Source: Bacteroidales bacterium
GTDB lineage: Bacteria > Bacteroidota > Bacteroidia > Bacteroidales > UBA932
NCBI GenBank assembly: GCA_017455065.1
Contig: JAFTBU010000010.1
Span: forward strand, 31,028 to 95,027
Direction: 5' to 3'
DNA: 64,000 bases
Made by a program: the position numbers and the translations under genes. The notes under the pieces were generated by a model. It was not told the DNA's origin. It saw only the letters and a program-made list of their open reading frames with translations, and did no database searches. Positions 8,001-16,786 of this stretch are shown one piece after another. Every line of letters starts with the position of its first letter. Position 1 is the first letter of the stretch.

Positions 8001-8054
8001 CAAGCTGCCCTGGCACCGCCGGTGAAGCAAGCTGCCCTGGCACCGCAGGTGAAG
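8001..8054. repeat. 27-bp tandem duplication (CAAGCTGCCCTGGCACCGC[C/A]GGTGAAG x2)
   Basis: Two adjacent copies with one mismatch and no spacer. Confidence 0.95.
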
Positions 8055-8082
8055 CGAGGGATGCAGCTGCGTCGGTGAAAGG

Positions 8083-8517
8083 CTAGCGTTTTTCTTTGAA
8101 GAAGCTGACCATCAGCTCGGAGCATTCGTCCTGGAGGACGCCGCCCTGGATCTGGGTCTTGGGATGGAGGAGGGAAGGGGAGAAGAGACTGTAGCCGCGT
8201 TTGGGGTCGGGGGCGCCGTAGACTATGCGCCCTATCTGCGACCAGGCGAGGGCGGCGGCGCACATGGGACAGGGCTCCACCGTCACATAGAGGGTGCAGT
8301 CGCTCAGATATTTGCCCCCGACGGCCTCGGTCGCGGCGGTGATGGCGATCATTTCGGCGTGGGCGGTGGGGTCGTGGAGCCTTTCGGTCATATTGTGCCC
8401 CCTGGCGATCACCCGCCCGCGGCAAGTGATCACGGCGCCTATGGGCACCTCCTTGTCCTCGCCCGCGGCAGCTGCTTCCGCCAGGGCCTCGCGCATGAAT
8501 CTCTCGTCTGTTTCCAT
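8083..8517 (-). CDS. tadA: tRNA-specific adenosine deaminase
   Basis: EVPIGAV, HAE and EPCPMC zinc motifs. Confidence 0.93.
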   Translation of the reverse strand: METDERFMREALAEAAAAGEDKEVPIGAVITCRGRVIARGHNMTERLHDPTAHAEMIAITAATEAVGGKYLSDCTLYVTVEPCPMCAAALAWSQIGRIVYGAPDPKRGYSLFSPSLLHPKTQIQGGVLQDECSELMVSFFKEKR

Positions 8518-8524
8518 ACAGTTG

Positions 8525-8532
8525 CAAATATA
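8525..8532 (-). promoter_or_regulatory. -7 element TATATTTG for tadA
   Basis: TAnnTTTG ending 7 nt before the ATG. Confidence 0.6.
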
Positions 8533-8575
8533 CGAAGGTATTGGAAAGTTTCACAAAAAGTTTCAACTTTGTGAC

Positions 8576-11176
8576 ATGTCCGGCAAATTGTTTCTGATAG
8601 ACGGCCACGCGCTGATTTTCAAGATGTACTACGCTTTCCTGGGGCGTCCCATGGTCAATACCAAGGGCGTGGATACATCCATACTTTTCGGTTTCACCAA
8701 GTACTTGCTGGAACTCGTCCAGAGAGAAGCTCCCACGCATCTGGCAGTCTCCTTCGACCCGCCGGGAGGCACCTTCCGCAACCGCATGTATCCCGCCTAC
8801 AAGGCCAACAGGGGAGAGACCCCGCAGCTGGTGATAGACGCCCTGGAGCCTCTGACTGCCATCTGCCGGGCCATGGACATCCCGGTGCTGATGATTCCCG
8901 ACTTCGAGGCCGACGATGTGATCGGTTCCATGGCGAGGCGTGCCGCACGCGAGGGCATGGAAGTCTATATGGTCACCCCGGACAAGGATTACGGCCAGCT
9001 CGTGGAAGAGCATATCTTCCAGTACAAGCCCGGCAAGTCCGGAGCAGACAGCGAAGTGCTGGGAGTCCCGGAAGTCTGTGCCAAATGGGGCATCGACAGC
9101 CCTTCCCAGGTCATCGACATACTTGCAATCTGCGGGGACTCTTCGGACAATGTCCCCGGCGTGCAGGGAGTAGGACCCGTCGGTGCATCGAAACTCCTTC
9201 GCAAATACGGCAGCCTCGAGGCTGTCTATGCCCATCTGGATGAGCTTTCCCCGAGGCAAAAGGAAATGTTCGAAGCTGCGGCTGACCATATCGCCCTTTC
9301 CAAGCAGCTCGTCACCATCAAGACCGACATCCCCCTGGATGTCACCGCCGAAGACATGGTGACCGACATCAGCCTCACCCCGGAGCTGAAAGCCCTTTTC
9401 GACCAATACGAATTCAACTCGCTCCTGCGCCATATCCATCCCGCTTCCGGCCACGCCGCCCCTGCGGAAACTCCTGCCAGGGACCTTGCATACAGCATCG
9501 TGCCATCCTTGGGAAAGGTCGGCGCCCTGGCCTTCAACCTCGTGGACGGAACCCTGTACCTGGCCTCCGCAGACAAGGTCGCCAAAGGCAGTCCCGAGGA
9601 TTTCCGTGCCTTGCTTGAAGATGAGTCGGTGGTCAAATACGCCTTCGGCGCCAAAGCCCAGATGAATGTATTGTCCCGCTCCGGCATCAGCCTGAAAGGC
9701 AGGATCTATGATGCCGAGCTGATGCACTATATCGCCAACCCGGAGCGCAACCACAAGCTGGAGGCCCTGGTCAAATCCTACCTCGGGGTCGAATTGGAGC
9801 CGTCGGAGGCGCCTGCGCAAACGGCGTCCCTTTTCGACGACGATTCCTCTTCAGAATCCGCCGGAGGCAGGGACCTCGCCTTGGAGACAGTGGCCGTGTA
9901 CCATCTTTCGGAGCTGCTTCGCGCCGAGATGGAAAAAGGCGGCCTGGCGGAATTGTACGAAAAGATAGAAGAACCCCTGATATCCGTGCTTTCCCGGATG
10001 GAAGTCACCGGTGTCAAGGTGGACATAGCGTCCCTCAGGGATTTCGCATCTTCCCTGCGCAGCGAGATGCTGCGCCAGGAAGCACTGGTGAGGGAGATCT
10101 CCGGAGAGCCAGGGCTCAATGTCTCTTCCCCCAAGCAGCTCGGGGAGGTGCTCTTCGAGAAGATGAAACTCGATCCCAAGGCCAAGAAACCCTCCAAGGG
10201 CAGCTGGCCCACCGACGAGGCCACCCTCCAGGAACTCGCCGACCGCAGCCCCATCATCGATGCGATACTCGAGTACCGCGGCACCCGCAAGCTCCTTTCC
10301 ACCTACATAGAGCCTTTCCCTTCGTACATAAGTCCCGGGGACGGACGCGTCCATACTACTTTCAACCAGGCGCTGACCTCCACCGGAAGGCTCTCCAGCT
10401 CCAACCCCAACCTCCAGAACATCCCCATCCGCACCGAACAGGGAAGGGAGATACGCAAGGCCTTCGTCCCCGGCTCGCCCGACAGCGTGATGATGTCGGC
10501 GGACTATTCCCAGATCGAGCTCAGGGTCATGGCCCACATGTGCGGGGATGAGCATATGAAGGCCGCATTCCGCGACGGGGTGGACGTGCATGCCGCCACG
10601 GCTGCCAAGATTTTCCACGAGGACATCGCCGATGTCACCTCCAACCAGCGCAGAGTGGCCAAAACAGCCAATTTCGGCATCATGTACGGCATCTCCGCAT
10701 TCGGCCTCGCCCAGAGGCTCGGATGCCCTCGCAGCGAGGCGAAACAGATCATAGACGACTACTTCGCATCATTCCCTTCGATACGAGCCTTCATCGACTC
10801 CACCCTGGCGTCGGCCCGTGAGAACGGCTATGTCCAGACTATCTTCGGACGCCGACGGTACATACCCGACATCAACGCCCACAACGCCAACCTCAGGGCC
10901 CTGGCAGAGCGCAATGCCGTCAACGCTCCCATCCAGGGCAGCGCCGCCGACATCATCAAACTCGCCATGATCGCCGTGGACCGCAGGCTGCGCGAAGGAG
11001 GATTCTCCTCCAAAATGGTGCTCCAGATACACGACGAACTCCTGCTCGAAGTCCCTTCGGCCGAGATAGAGGCCGTGAAGGCGCTTCTGGTCGAGGAGAT
11101 GGAAGGCGTCATGAAACTTTCAGTTCCACTCACAGTAGAATGCAATTATGGCAAGACTTGGCTCGAGGCCCATTGA
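8576..11176 (+). CDS. polA: DNA polymerase I (866 aa; start MSGKLFLIDG)
   Basis: 5'-3' exonuclease motifs LIDGH, EADDVIG and GDSSDNVPGV; polymerase motifs TGRLSSSNPNLQNIP, DYSQIELR, KTANFGIMYG and LQIHDEL. Confidence 0.97.
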   Translation: MSGKLFLIDGHALIFKMYYAFLGRPMVNTKGVDTSILFGFTKYLLELVQREAPTHLAVSFDPPGGTFRNRMYPAYKANRGETPQLVIDALEPLTAICRAMDIPVLMIPDFEADDVIGSMARRAAREGMEVYMVTPDKDYGQLVEEHIFQYKPGKSGADSEVLGVPEVCAKWGIDSPSQVIDILAICGDSSDNVPGVQGVGPVGASKLLRKYGSLEAVYAHLDELSPRQKEMFEAAADHIALSKQLVTIKTDIPLDVTAEDMVTDISLTPELKALFDQYEFNSLLRHIHPASGHAAPAETPARDLAYSIVPSLGKVGALAFNLVDGTLYLASADKVAKGSPEDFRALLEDESVVKYAFGAKAQMNVLSRSGISLKGRIYDAELMHYIANPERNHKLEALVKSYLGVELEPSEAPAQTASLFDDDSSSESAGGRDLALETVAVYHLSELLRAEMEKGGLAELYEKIEEPLISVLSRMEVTGVKVDIASLRDFASSLRSEMLRQEALVREISGEPGLNVSSPKQLGEVLFEKMKLDPKAKKPSKGSWPTDEATLQELADRSPIIDAILEYRGTRKLLSTYIEPFPSYISPGDGRVHTTFNQALTSTGRLSSSNPNLQNIPIRTEQGREIRKAFVPGSPDSVMMSADYSQIELRVMAHMCGDEHMKAAFRDGVDVHAATAAKIFHEDIADVTSNQRRVAKTANFGIMYGISAFGLAQRLGCPRSEAKQIIDDYFASFPSIRAFIDSTLASARENGYVQTIFGRRRYIPDINAHNANLRALAERNAVNAPIQGSAADIIKLAMIAVDRRLREGGFSSKMVLQIHDELLLEVPSAEIEAVKALLVEEMEGVMKLSVPLTVECNYGKTWLEAH

Positions 11177-11738
11177 CGAACTCATAAGGCTCGCCATCAT
11201 AGGGGACGGCACGGCCTTCACCGAACTCTGGGACACCAACATAGACAAACTCAGGGTCTACATACGTTCCCTGATAAAGTCCTTCGACGAATACGACGTG
11301 GACGACGTCTGCTCCAACAGTTTCGAGAAGGCCTTCCGCCAGATAGGCAGCTACGACCCCGCCAAGAGCCAGTTCCCGACCTGGCTCAAGACCATCGCGC
11401 ACAACACGGCCCTGGACCTGGTGGAGCGCAAGAACCGCGAAAACAAGAAATATGTCTCCCTGGATGCCGACGCCCATCTGCAGCCGGTCATCGACACCAT
11501 AGGTGACGGGGTGGACACACCTCTGGAGTCCATCATCAAGAACGAAGACGAAGAGCAGACCCGCAAATACATCGAAGGCCTTCCCGAACTCTACCGCGAG
11601 GTGGCTTCGAAACGCCTGGTGGACGGCCTGCAGTACAAGGAAATAGCCGAGGAACTCGGGATGGAGCTCAACACCGTCCGCACCCGCATCCGCAGGGCCA
11701 AGGCTCTCATAGAAAAAATGAAGGAAGATGGAGATTGA
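11148..11738 (+). CDS. ECF-type RNA polymerase sigma-70 factor
   Basis: Region 2 (AFRQIGSYDP, FPTWLKTIAHNTALD) and region 4 (LPELYREV, YKEIAEELGMELNTVRTRIRRA). Confidence 0.92.
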   Translation: MARLGSRPIDELIRLAIIGDGTAFTELWDTNIDKLRVYIRSLIKSFDEYDVDDVCSNSFEKAFRQIGSYDPAKSQFPTWLKTIAHNTALDLVERKNRENKKYVSLDADAHLQPVIDTIGDGVDTPLESIIKNEDEEQTRKYIEGLPELYREVASKRLVDGLQYKEIAEELGMELNTVRTRIRRAKALIEKMKEDGD

Positions 11739-12342
11739 CAGGACAGCATTCGAGAGGATGTGCTCGCTGTACCGTGAGTGGAACGACAAGATAAACGTGA
11801 TCTCTCGCAAGGACATCGACAATGTCTTCGAGCACCATGTGCTCCATTCCCTCGCCATCGCGGAATACGTGGAGAGGATGGGGCTGGACCTGGGCGGCAG
11901 CGTCCTGGACGTGGGCACCGGCGGCGGTTTCCCGGGGATGCCCCTCGCCGTGACCTTCCCCGGGGTGCAGTTCACCCTCTGCGACAGCATTGGCAAGAAA
12001 ATCACCGTCGCATCGTCCGTGGCGGAGTCCCTCGGGCTGAAGAATGTCCGCTGTGTCAATGCCAGGGCGGAATCCCTGCCGGGGCAGTTCGACTGGGTGG
12101 TGTCGAGGGCGGTGGCGTCCCTGGAGGACTTCTATCCTTGGATCAAGGACAAGTACCGCTGCGGCGTGCTCTGCCTGAAAGGAGGGGATGTGGCCCAGGA
12201 AATTTCGCGGCTTCAGCGCCGTCACAAGGTGAAAGTTTCCGTTTGGAGCATAGATTCCTGGCTGAAAGACGATTATTTCAAAGAAAAATTTGTAATTCAA
12301 ATCGGAAAAAATTACCTTTGCACTCCCAAATCAGACAAATAA
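11728..12342 (+). CDS. rsmG: 16S rRNA (guanine-527-N7) methyltransferase
   Basis: INVISRKD, HVLHSL, LDVGTGGGFPG, VSRAV and LKGG motifs. Confidence 0.95.
   Translation: MEIDRTAFERMCSLYREWNDKINVISRKDIDNVFEHHVLHSLAIAEYVERMGLDLGGSVLDVGTGGGFPGMPLAVTFPGVQFTLCDSIGKKITVASSVAESLGLKNVRCVNARAESLPGQFDWVVSRAVASLEDFYPWIKDKYRCGVLCLKGGDVAQEISRLQRRHKVKVSVWSIDSWLKDDYFKEKFVIQIGKNYLCTPKSDK
12313..12320 (+). promoter_or_regulatory. -7 element TACCTTTG for rpmH, inside the 3' end of rsmG
   Basis: TAnnTTTG 35 nt before the rpmH ATG. Confidence 0.65.
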
Positions 12343-12354
12343 AAAACTAACATA

Positions 12355-12507
12355 ATGAAAAGAACATATCAACCTTCAAACCGCAAGAGAGTCAACAAGC
12401 ACGGATTCCGTGAGCGTATGAGCACTGCCAATGGCCGCAGGGTACTCTCTTCCCGCCGCCGTCATGGCCGCAAGAAGCTGACTGTCTCTTCCGAGGACAG
12501 ATTCTAA
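12355..12507 (+). CDS. rpmH: 50S ribosomal protein L34 (50 aa; below the ORF-track cutoff)
   Basis: Translation [50 protein letters not shown]. Confidence 0.98.
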   Translation: MKRTYQPSNRKRVNKHGFRERMSTANGRRVLSSRRRHGRKKLTVSSEDRF

Positions 12508-12523
12508 TTCTTATAGGGAAAGT

Positions 12524-12557
12524 AAAAGAGCTGACCGCAAGGCCAGCTCTTTTTTTT
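12524..12557. terminator. Bidirectional intrinsic terminator (rpmH / pepC)
   Basis: AAAAGAGCTG-ACCGCAAGGC-CAGCTCTTTT followed by a T run. Confidence 0.88.
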
Positions 12558-13953
12558 ATTCTTCCGGAAGGAACATCGGGTCCCAGGCGGGCAGCAGCTC
12601 CGGTTTCTGCTTGAGCATGTCCTGGATGTCCTGCGGAACGAAACGCTTCTCGAGGACAAGCCGGAACATATATTCGTCGAACCACTCGTCCGTCATGATG
12701 AGGTTGCCCTTGTAACCGGACGAGGGACCCCAGCTGTTTTCGACCATCCATTTCACGGGTTTACCGTCCTTGAGATCGACAGCTATGAGGGTCATGGCAT
12801 GTGAAGAGCCGCTGGCGTGGGTCTGCACCCTCTGCTTCTTGTCCATGGACAGATCGACTCCCAGCAGGGACTCATAATCGAAATTCTTGAGGTCCATGGT
12901 GCCCTTGGTGCGGTCCAGATATTTGTTGACATCGCAGGAGAAATACATAGCGGTGCCGGCCTTGATGGAAGCTATAGCCATCTCCTTGATGCGCTCGACG
13001 GGGAGGTTGACATAGAGCCAGTTCTGTCCGTCGTAGGTGTGGCGGTCGTACTGGATCTCATAGACCTTGCCGTACTCGCGGCAGGGGTCGTTCATGACCA
13101 TGATGTAATTGTGCTCCAGGTCGGCGTCGGTGAAGGCGTCCCTGAAACTCTGCGGAGTATAGGTCTTGGTGCTCACGGCCTCTCCCTTGCTGTTGTAAAG
13201 GGTCCATTCGAACTCCTGGGGAGGCACTCCGAGGGACAATGCGAGGACGTGGTACACATCCTTGAGCATTTCGGTCTTGAGCCCCTGGAGATATTCCTGG
13301 AGTTTCTTGCCCTTCAGCCCGGCAGGGGTCTCGCGGAGCTTGAGTCCGTCCTTGCGGAGCAGGGTCTTCATCTGGGTGGCATAGGCCGAAGTGCTGTTGG
13401 CGATGAGGGTCTCGGGCATGATGTCAGCGGGGACGAGTCCGTATTTGCTGACCAGGTTGGCCACGCCCGTGAAGGTGCCGCCGTCGCTTATGGGATTGGA
13501 GAAGAGCCAGTCCACGGTGCGGTCCTCGAACGGCAGGTCCCTGGTGTCGATGACAGCCTGGAGGAAGAGGTTGGCCTTCTCGAGCTGGTCATAGAAGAAC
13601 AGGTAGTTCTGCGAGAACTGGAACTCGCCCATGTCGAATCTCTGGATGGTCTCAGCCCTGAGGACGTTCAGCCCGGTGAAGAGCCAGCAGCGGCCGGAAG
13701 ATTTCTGATCGGTGATACCCTTGGTCTTCACCCTGTATGTGAAGTGGGCGTCCGGGGCCGCAAGATTGTCCGCATTTGCGGCCAGCGCAGTGATACTGCT
13801 GACGTTCAAAGCATTGTGGATGGCCTTGTCGGCCGGATTCCCCTCGTAACCCTTGCGGATTTCGCGGAGCATTTCTTCGGTGATGGAGCCGCTGTTCTGG
13901 GCGGATGCTACCACTGCGAGCAGTGACAGTGCGATAGTAAGTAGTCTTTTCAT
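12556..13953 (-). CDS. pepC: Aminopeptidase C / bleomycin hydrolase family (C1B), secreted
   Basis: QKSSGRCWLF catalytic Cys, SHAMTL His and VENSWG Asn; N-terminal signal peptide. Confidence 0.92.
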   Translation of the reverse strand: MKRLLTIALSLLAVVASAQNSGSITEEMLREIRKGYEGNPADKAIHNALNVSSITALAANADNLAAPDAHFTYRVKTKGITDQKSSGRCWLFTGLNVLRAETIQRFDMGEFQFSQNYLFFYDQLEKANLFLQAVIDTRDLPFEDRTVDWLFSNPISDGGTFTGVANLVSKYGLVPADIMPETLIANSTSAYATQMKTLLRKDGLKLRETPAGLKGKKLQEYLQGLKTEMLKDVYHVLALSLGVPPQEFEWTLYNSKGEAVSTKTYTPQSFRDAFTDADLEHNYIMVMNDPCREYGKVYEIQYDRHTYDGQNWLYVNLPVERIKEMAIASIKAGTAMYFSCDVNKYLDRTKGTMDLKNFDYESLLGVDLSMDKKQRVQTHASGSSHAMTLIAVDLKDGKPVKWMVENSWGPSSGYKGNLIMTDEWFDEYMFRLVLEKRFVPQDIQDMLKQKPELLPAWDPMFLPEE

Positions 13954-14178
13954 CTGTTATTTGTCTTATCTATACAGTTACCGTCAATATAGAATGATAG
14001 ATGTTGAATGCTGCCGTCCTTATTGATACCAATCGTAACTTTTCTACTGAATTCGCCGGAAGCATCAGGTTTGATGGATAGCAATACCTGGTTTTACGGG
14101 ATTTGTAAATGAACCTACGACAATCCACAGAAGGAGTGCACTCAAAACTATAGTTAAATACTTATCAAATTTCTTCAT
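13950..14178 (-). pseudogene. Internally deleted and frameshifted DUF1573-like gene remnant (37-aa N-terminal ORF plus out-of-frame C-terminus)
   Basis: ATG 14178 overlaps the upstream TGA and gives MKKFDKYLTIVLSALLLWIVVGSFTNPVKPGIAIHQT* (stop 14065). Another frame gives KPDASGEFSRKVTIGINKDGSIQHLSFYIDGNC, with its stop overlapping the pepC ATG. Confidence 0.55.
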
Positions 14179-15299
14179 ATCTTGAAACGGTACAGGTACA
14201 GTTCTTCGGCATCTGCATCTGCATAAACGGCAGAATAATAATACCCGCCGATCTTTCCGGTGACCGTGAAGCCCTTGGGGACATCGATATCCCCTATAAG
14301 TATTTCCTTTTCATAAATCTGCAAACCGTCTTCCGCAGCTTCAGCACCGCGCGTATAGGAGCGGAAAACCATGTCCCCGATTGAGACGATAGTCCCGTAC
14401 CTGGCTTTTGATATCCGGTTGACGGCATAATTGCTGAATGACGTCTCGTTCATGCCTGGAGTCTCCAGATAGTCCAGATCCATCTGCCGTCCGGCGGCGC
14501 CGAAGGATTTTTCAGGCTTTCCATCCAGGGTGCATTTATAGATAGTCGAATCCGCTTCGAAGTTTACGAGGAGGTATGATTTGCAGACATCATAATTGAC
14601 CAGGTCGCAGGAAACATACTTTGCCCTGTCGTCCTGATAAATCCTGGGGAAACCCATTACAATCATGCGGGAAGATTTCGTTGCCGGATTGATTACTCCG
14701 ATCCTGTATGAAGTGTTGACGTAATCCGACTGATTGTCGAAATGATTGTAATCAGGCCGCTGGGACTGGAGGTTTACATATATCTCCCCCTCATGGTATC
14801 GAACCTGCAGGTTTCCGGTTGAAAACGAGTAATTGAAAAAGTTTCCGGGATCCACTTTTTCGTCAGGAACATAATCCAGGCGGACATAATCTGTCCTCCC
14901 GGTCTTCGCATTGAAAGTCTGGAAATCCATTGTGGTGCCGATAAGGCACATGTTTCCAAAACTGTCCACGGCACCGCCTATAGCATTTGGAACTATCACC
15001 TCTCCTGGGCCCCGGCCAAGACCAAGAAGCCTGTCATTTAATGATCCGTCCGGATTAAATAAATATAGAAACCCAAAATATCTGTCATAGAAATATAGCG
15101 TATGGTCGTCGTAGATTCCGGAAAAACCAGAGAATGAAGTGTGGATGTCGCTTAATACTATCTTCTCCATCTCAATGGATTCAACTTTGATGACTCTGTC
15201 ACTGTTTTCACATTGCATCCATGAATATGTTTTCTCCTTGCAGCCAGCAGAGATAACTAATGCCAAAATAGTGGCAAGAAATAATATTTTTGATTTCAT
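14175..15299 (-). CDS. Beta-propeller lipoprotein (BF3164 / 6-bladed beta-propeller type); low GC
   Basis: SAGC lipobox and LGLGRGPGEV motif; lower GC than the flanks. Confidence 0.72.
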   Translation of the reverse strand: MKSKILFLATILALVISAGCKEKTYSWMQCENSDRVIKVESIEMEKIVLSDIHTSFSGFSGIYDDHTLYFYDRYFGFLYLFNPDGSLNDRLLGLGRGPGEVIVPNAIGGAVDSFGNMCLIGTTMDFQTFNAKTGRTDYVRLDYVPDEKVDPGNFFNYSFSTGNLQVRYHEGEIYVNLQSQRPDYNHFDNQSDYVNTSYRIGVINPATKSSRMIVMGFPRIYQDDRAKYVSCDLVNYDVCKSYLLVNFEADSTIYKCTLDGKPEKSFGAAGRQMDLDYLETPGMNETSFSNYAVNRISKARYGTIVSIGDMVFRSYTRGAEAAEDGLQIYEKEILIGDIDVPKGFTVTGKIGGYYYSAVYADADAEELYLYRFKI

Positions 15300-15379
15300 A
15301 AAAGTAATATAATTGGTTTACATTGCAATATATATAAAATAAAGATAATACCAAATGTATGTTCAGTAAGGTTTAACAT

Positions 15380-15590
15380 TTAAAACAAACTCGGTTCATT
15401 TGAACTTCTTTGCTCTTTGACAATATTGTTGTTAGGTACTCCAAACAGTTCTTGGAGAGGTGTAGTGTCTGTTAATGGCGGAGTAGATTTGGATTCTCAC
15501 GGCGTTCTCAGTAGTACCCCAGAACTTTTTTATCTTCAGATGCTGCTTCAACCACTTGAAGAACAGTTCGATATTCCACCTCAACGATTT
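15380..15590 (-). mobile_element. IS4-family transposase C-terminal remnant with internal deletion
   Basis: Minus strand reads RWNIELFFKWLKQHLKIKKFWGTTENAVRIQIYSAI (YREK/C1 signature region). After a junction near 15470 another frame gives TDTTPLQELFGVPNNNIVKEQ...LF*, the typical tail of Bacteroidales IS4 transposases. Confidence 0.85.
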
Positions 15591-15641
15591 GAGCTTGTTC
15601 GGCTCAAGTTCTTTTCACATGGCTCCAGGATGTTTCCTTGG

Positions 15642-16751
15642 TTATCGAACTACGATCCTTTCTATTCTGCGCGGGACGGAAGTGAACACTTCGTATGGTA
15701 TGGTGCCGAGTATGCCTGCGATCTCCGATACCGTCGGGTCTTCTCCGAAAATGGTGACGGTGTCGCCGGCCTTGACATCCACCCCGGTGACATCGAGCAT
15801 GCACATGTCCATGCAGATATTGCCAATGGTGGGGACCCTGTGCCCGTTGACCGAAAATGACGCCCTTCCGCACCCGAGGTGCCTGTTGATGCCGTCGGCG
15901 TATCCTACGGGAATGGTGGCGATGACGGTGCCTTCAGGGGCGATGTGGCCGTGGCGGCCGTAGCCTATGGTGCCGTCCCCGGGGCCGAGAGTCTTGGTCT
16001 GGAGGACCTTCACCTTGAGCGAAGCGACATTGTGCAGCTTCACCCCCGGGAGGGCGCTGATGCCGTAGATGCCTATGCCCAGGCGCACCATGTCGAACTG
16101 GTACTGGGGGAAGCGCTCGATGCCGGCGCTGTTGAGGATGTGCCGCATGGGGCTGTAGCCTATGGCCGAGCTGATCTTGTCGGCGCCTGCGGTGAACATG
16201 GATATCTGCGAGAGGGTGAACGCATCCTCGGCGGGGTCTTCGGAGGCCGCGAGATGCGAATAGATGGACCGGACCTTCACCTCGGGGTGCTTTCCGAGCA
16301 TCTCGATCAGGGCGTCGATCTCGCTGCTCATGAAACCGAGGCGGTGCATGCCGGTGTCCAGCTTGATATGTATGGGGTAGCCTGTGATGCCGCGGGAGCG
16401 GAGAACTTCGCAAAATGCCGAGAGGGTGTATATGTTGGGGATGCCGGGCTCGAGCCCGTATTCTATGATCTCAGGGAAGAAATCCGTGCCCGCGGTGAGC
16501 ACGAGTACAGGCAGGGAGACACCGGCGCGGCGGAGCTCCACCCCTTCCACGGGGAGGGCGACGGCCAGGTAGTCGGCTCCGGCCCTCTGCATCATGGATG
16601 CGAACTCGACACTTCCGTGCCCGTAGGCATTGGCCTTCACGAGCACGAGCAGTTTTGTGCGCGGCTCGAGAAGGGAGCGGAAATACCGGTAGTTGTCCAT
16701 GCATGCCGGCAGGCTCAGCTCAAGTCTTGAGAAATCGTCGTTCCTTGTCAT
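15642..16751 (-). CDS. alr: Alanine racemase
   Basis: VKANAYGHG PLP-lysine motif, KLDTGMHRLG, SHLA, GYADG and CMD. Confidence 0.95.
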   Translation of the reverse strand: MTRNDDFSRLELSLPACMDNYRYFRSLLEPRTKLLVLVKANAYGHGSVEFASMMQRAGADYLAVALPVEGVELRRAGVSLPVLVLTAGTDFFPEIIEYGLEPGIPNIYTLSAFCEVLRSRGITGYPIHIKLDTGMHRLGFMSSEIDALIEMLGKHPEVKVRSIYSHLAASEDPAEDAFTLSQISMFTAGADKISSAIGYSPMRHILNSAGIERFPQYQFDMVRLGIGIYGISALPGVKLHNVASLKVKVLQTKTLGPGDGTIGYGRHGHIAPEGTVIATIPVGYADGINRHLGCGRASFSVNGHRVPTIGNICMDMCMLDVTGVDVKAGDTVTIFGEDPTVSEIAGILGTIPYEVFTSVPRRIERIVVR

Positions 16752-16757
16752 ATCCTG

Positions 16758-16765
16758 CAAATATA
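16758..16765 (-). promoter_or_regulatory. -7 element TATATTTG for alr
   Basis: TAnnTTTG ending 6 nt before ATG 16751. Confidence 0.55.
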
Positions 16766-16786
16766 CCGATTATTTCCTTAAGGCGG

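Noticed and set aside
6568-8043. ORF-track ORFs inside the structured region (e.g. 6606-6986 +, 6774-7448 -, 7095-7328 +, 7344-7598 +)
   Set aside because: Pro/Arg/Gly/Ser-rich low-complexity translations overlapping on both strands with no recognisable motif; expected by chance in very GC-rich DNA.
8001-8054. CRISPR array
   Set aside because: Only two directly adjacent copies, no spacer, and no cas genes in the window.
6510-8080. tmRNA, RNase P RNA, group I intron or hammerhead identity for the element
   Set aside because: By eye I found no tRNA-like tmRNA ends, no GAGGAAAGTCC RNase P motif, no group I P/Q/R/S elements and no CUGANGA core on either strand. A cmscan is still needed.
7754-9820. 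688-aa minus-strand ORF and similar long antisense ORFs (e.g. 23851-25221, 27487-28863, 51671-53317, 59138-60874)
   Set aside because: Antisense shadows of real GC3-rich genes (polA, ftsK, ABC exporter, gyrA, leuS); no domains recognised.
15417-15860. 147-aa plus-strand ORF
   Set aside because: Antisense shadow of the IS4 remnant and the alr 3' end.
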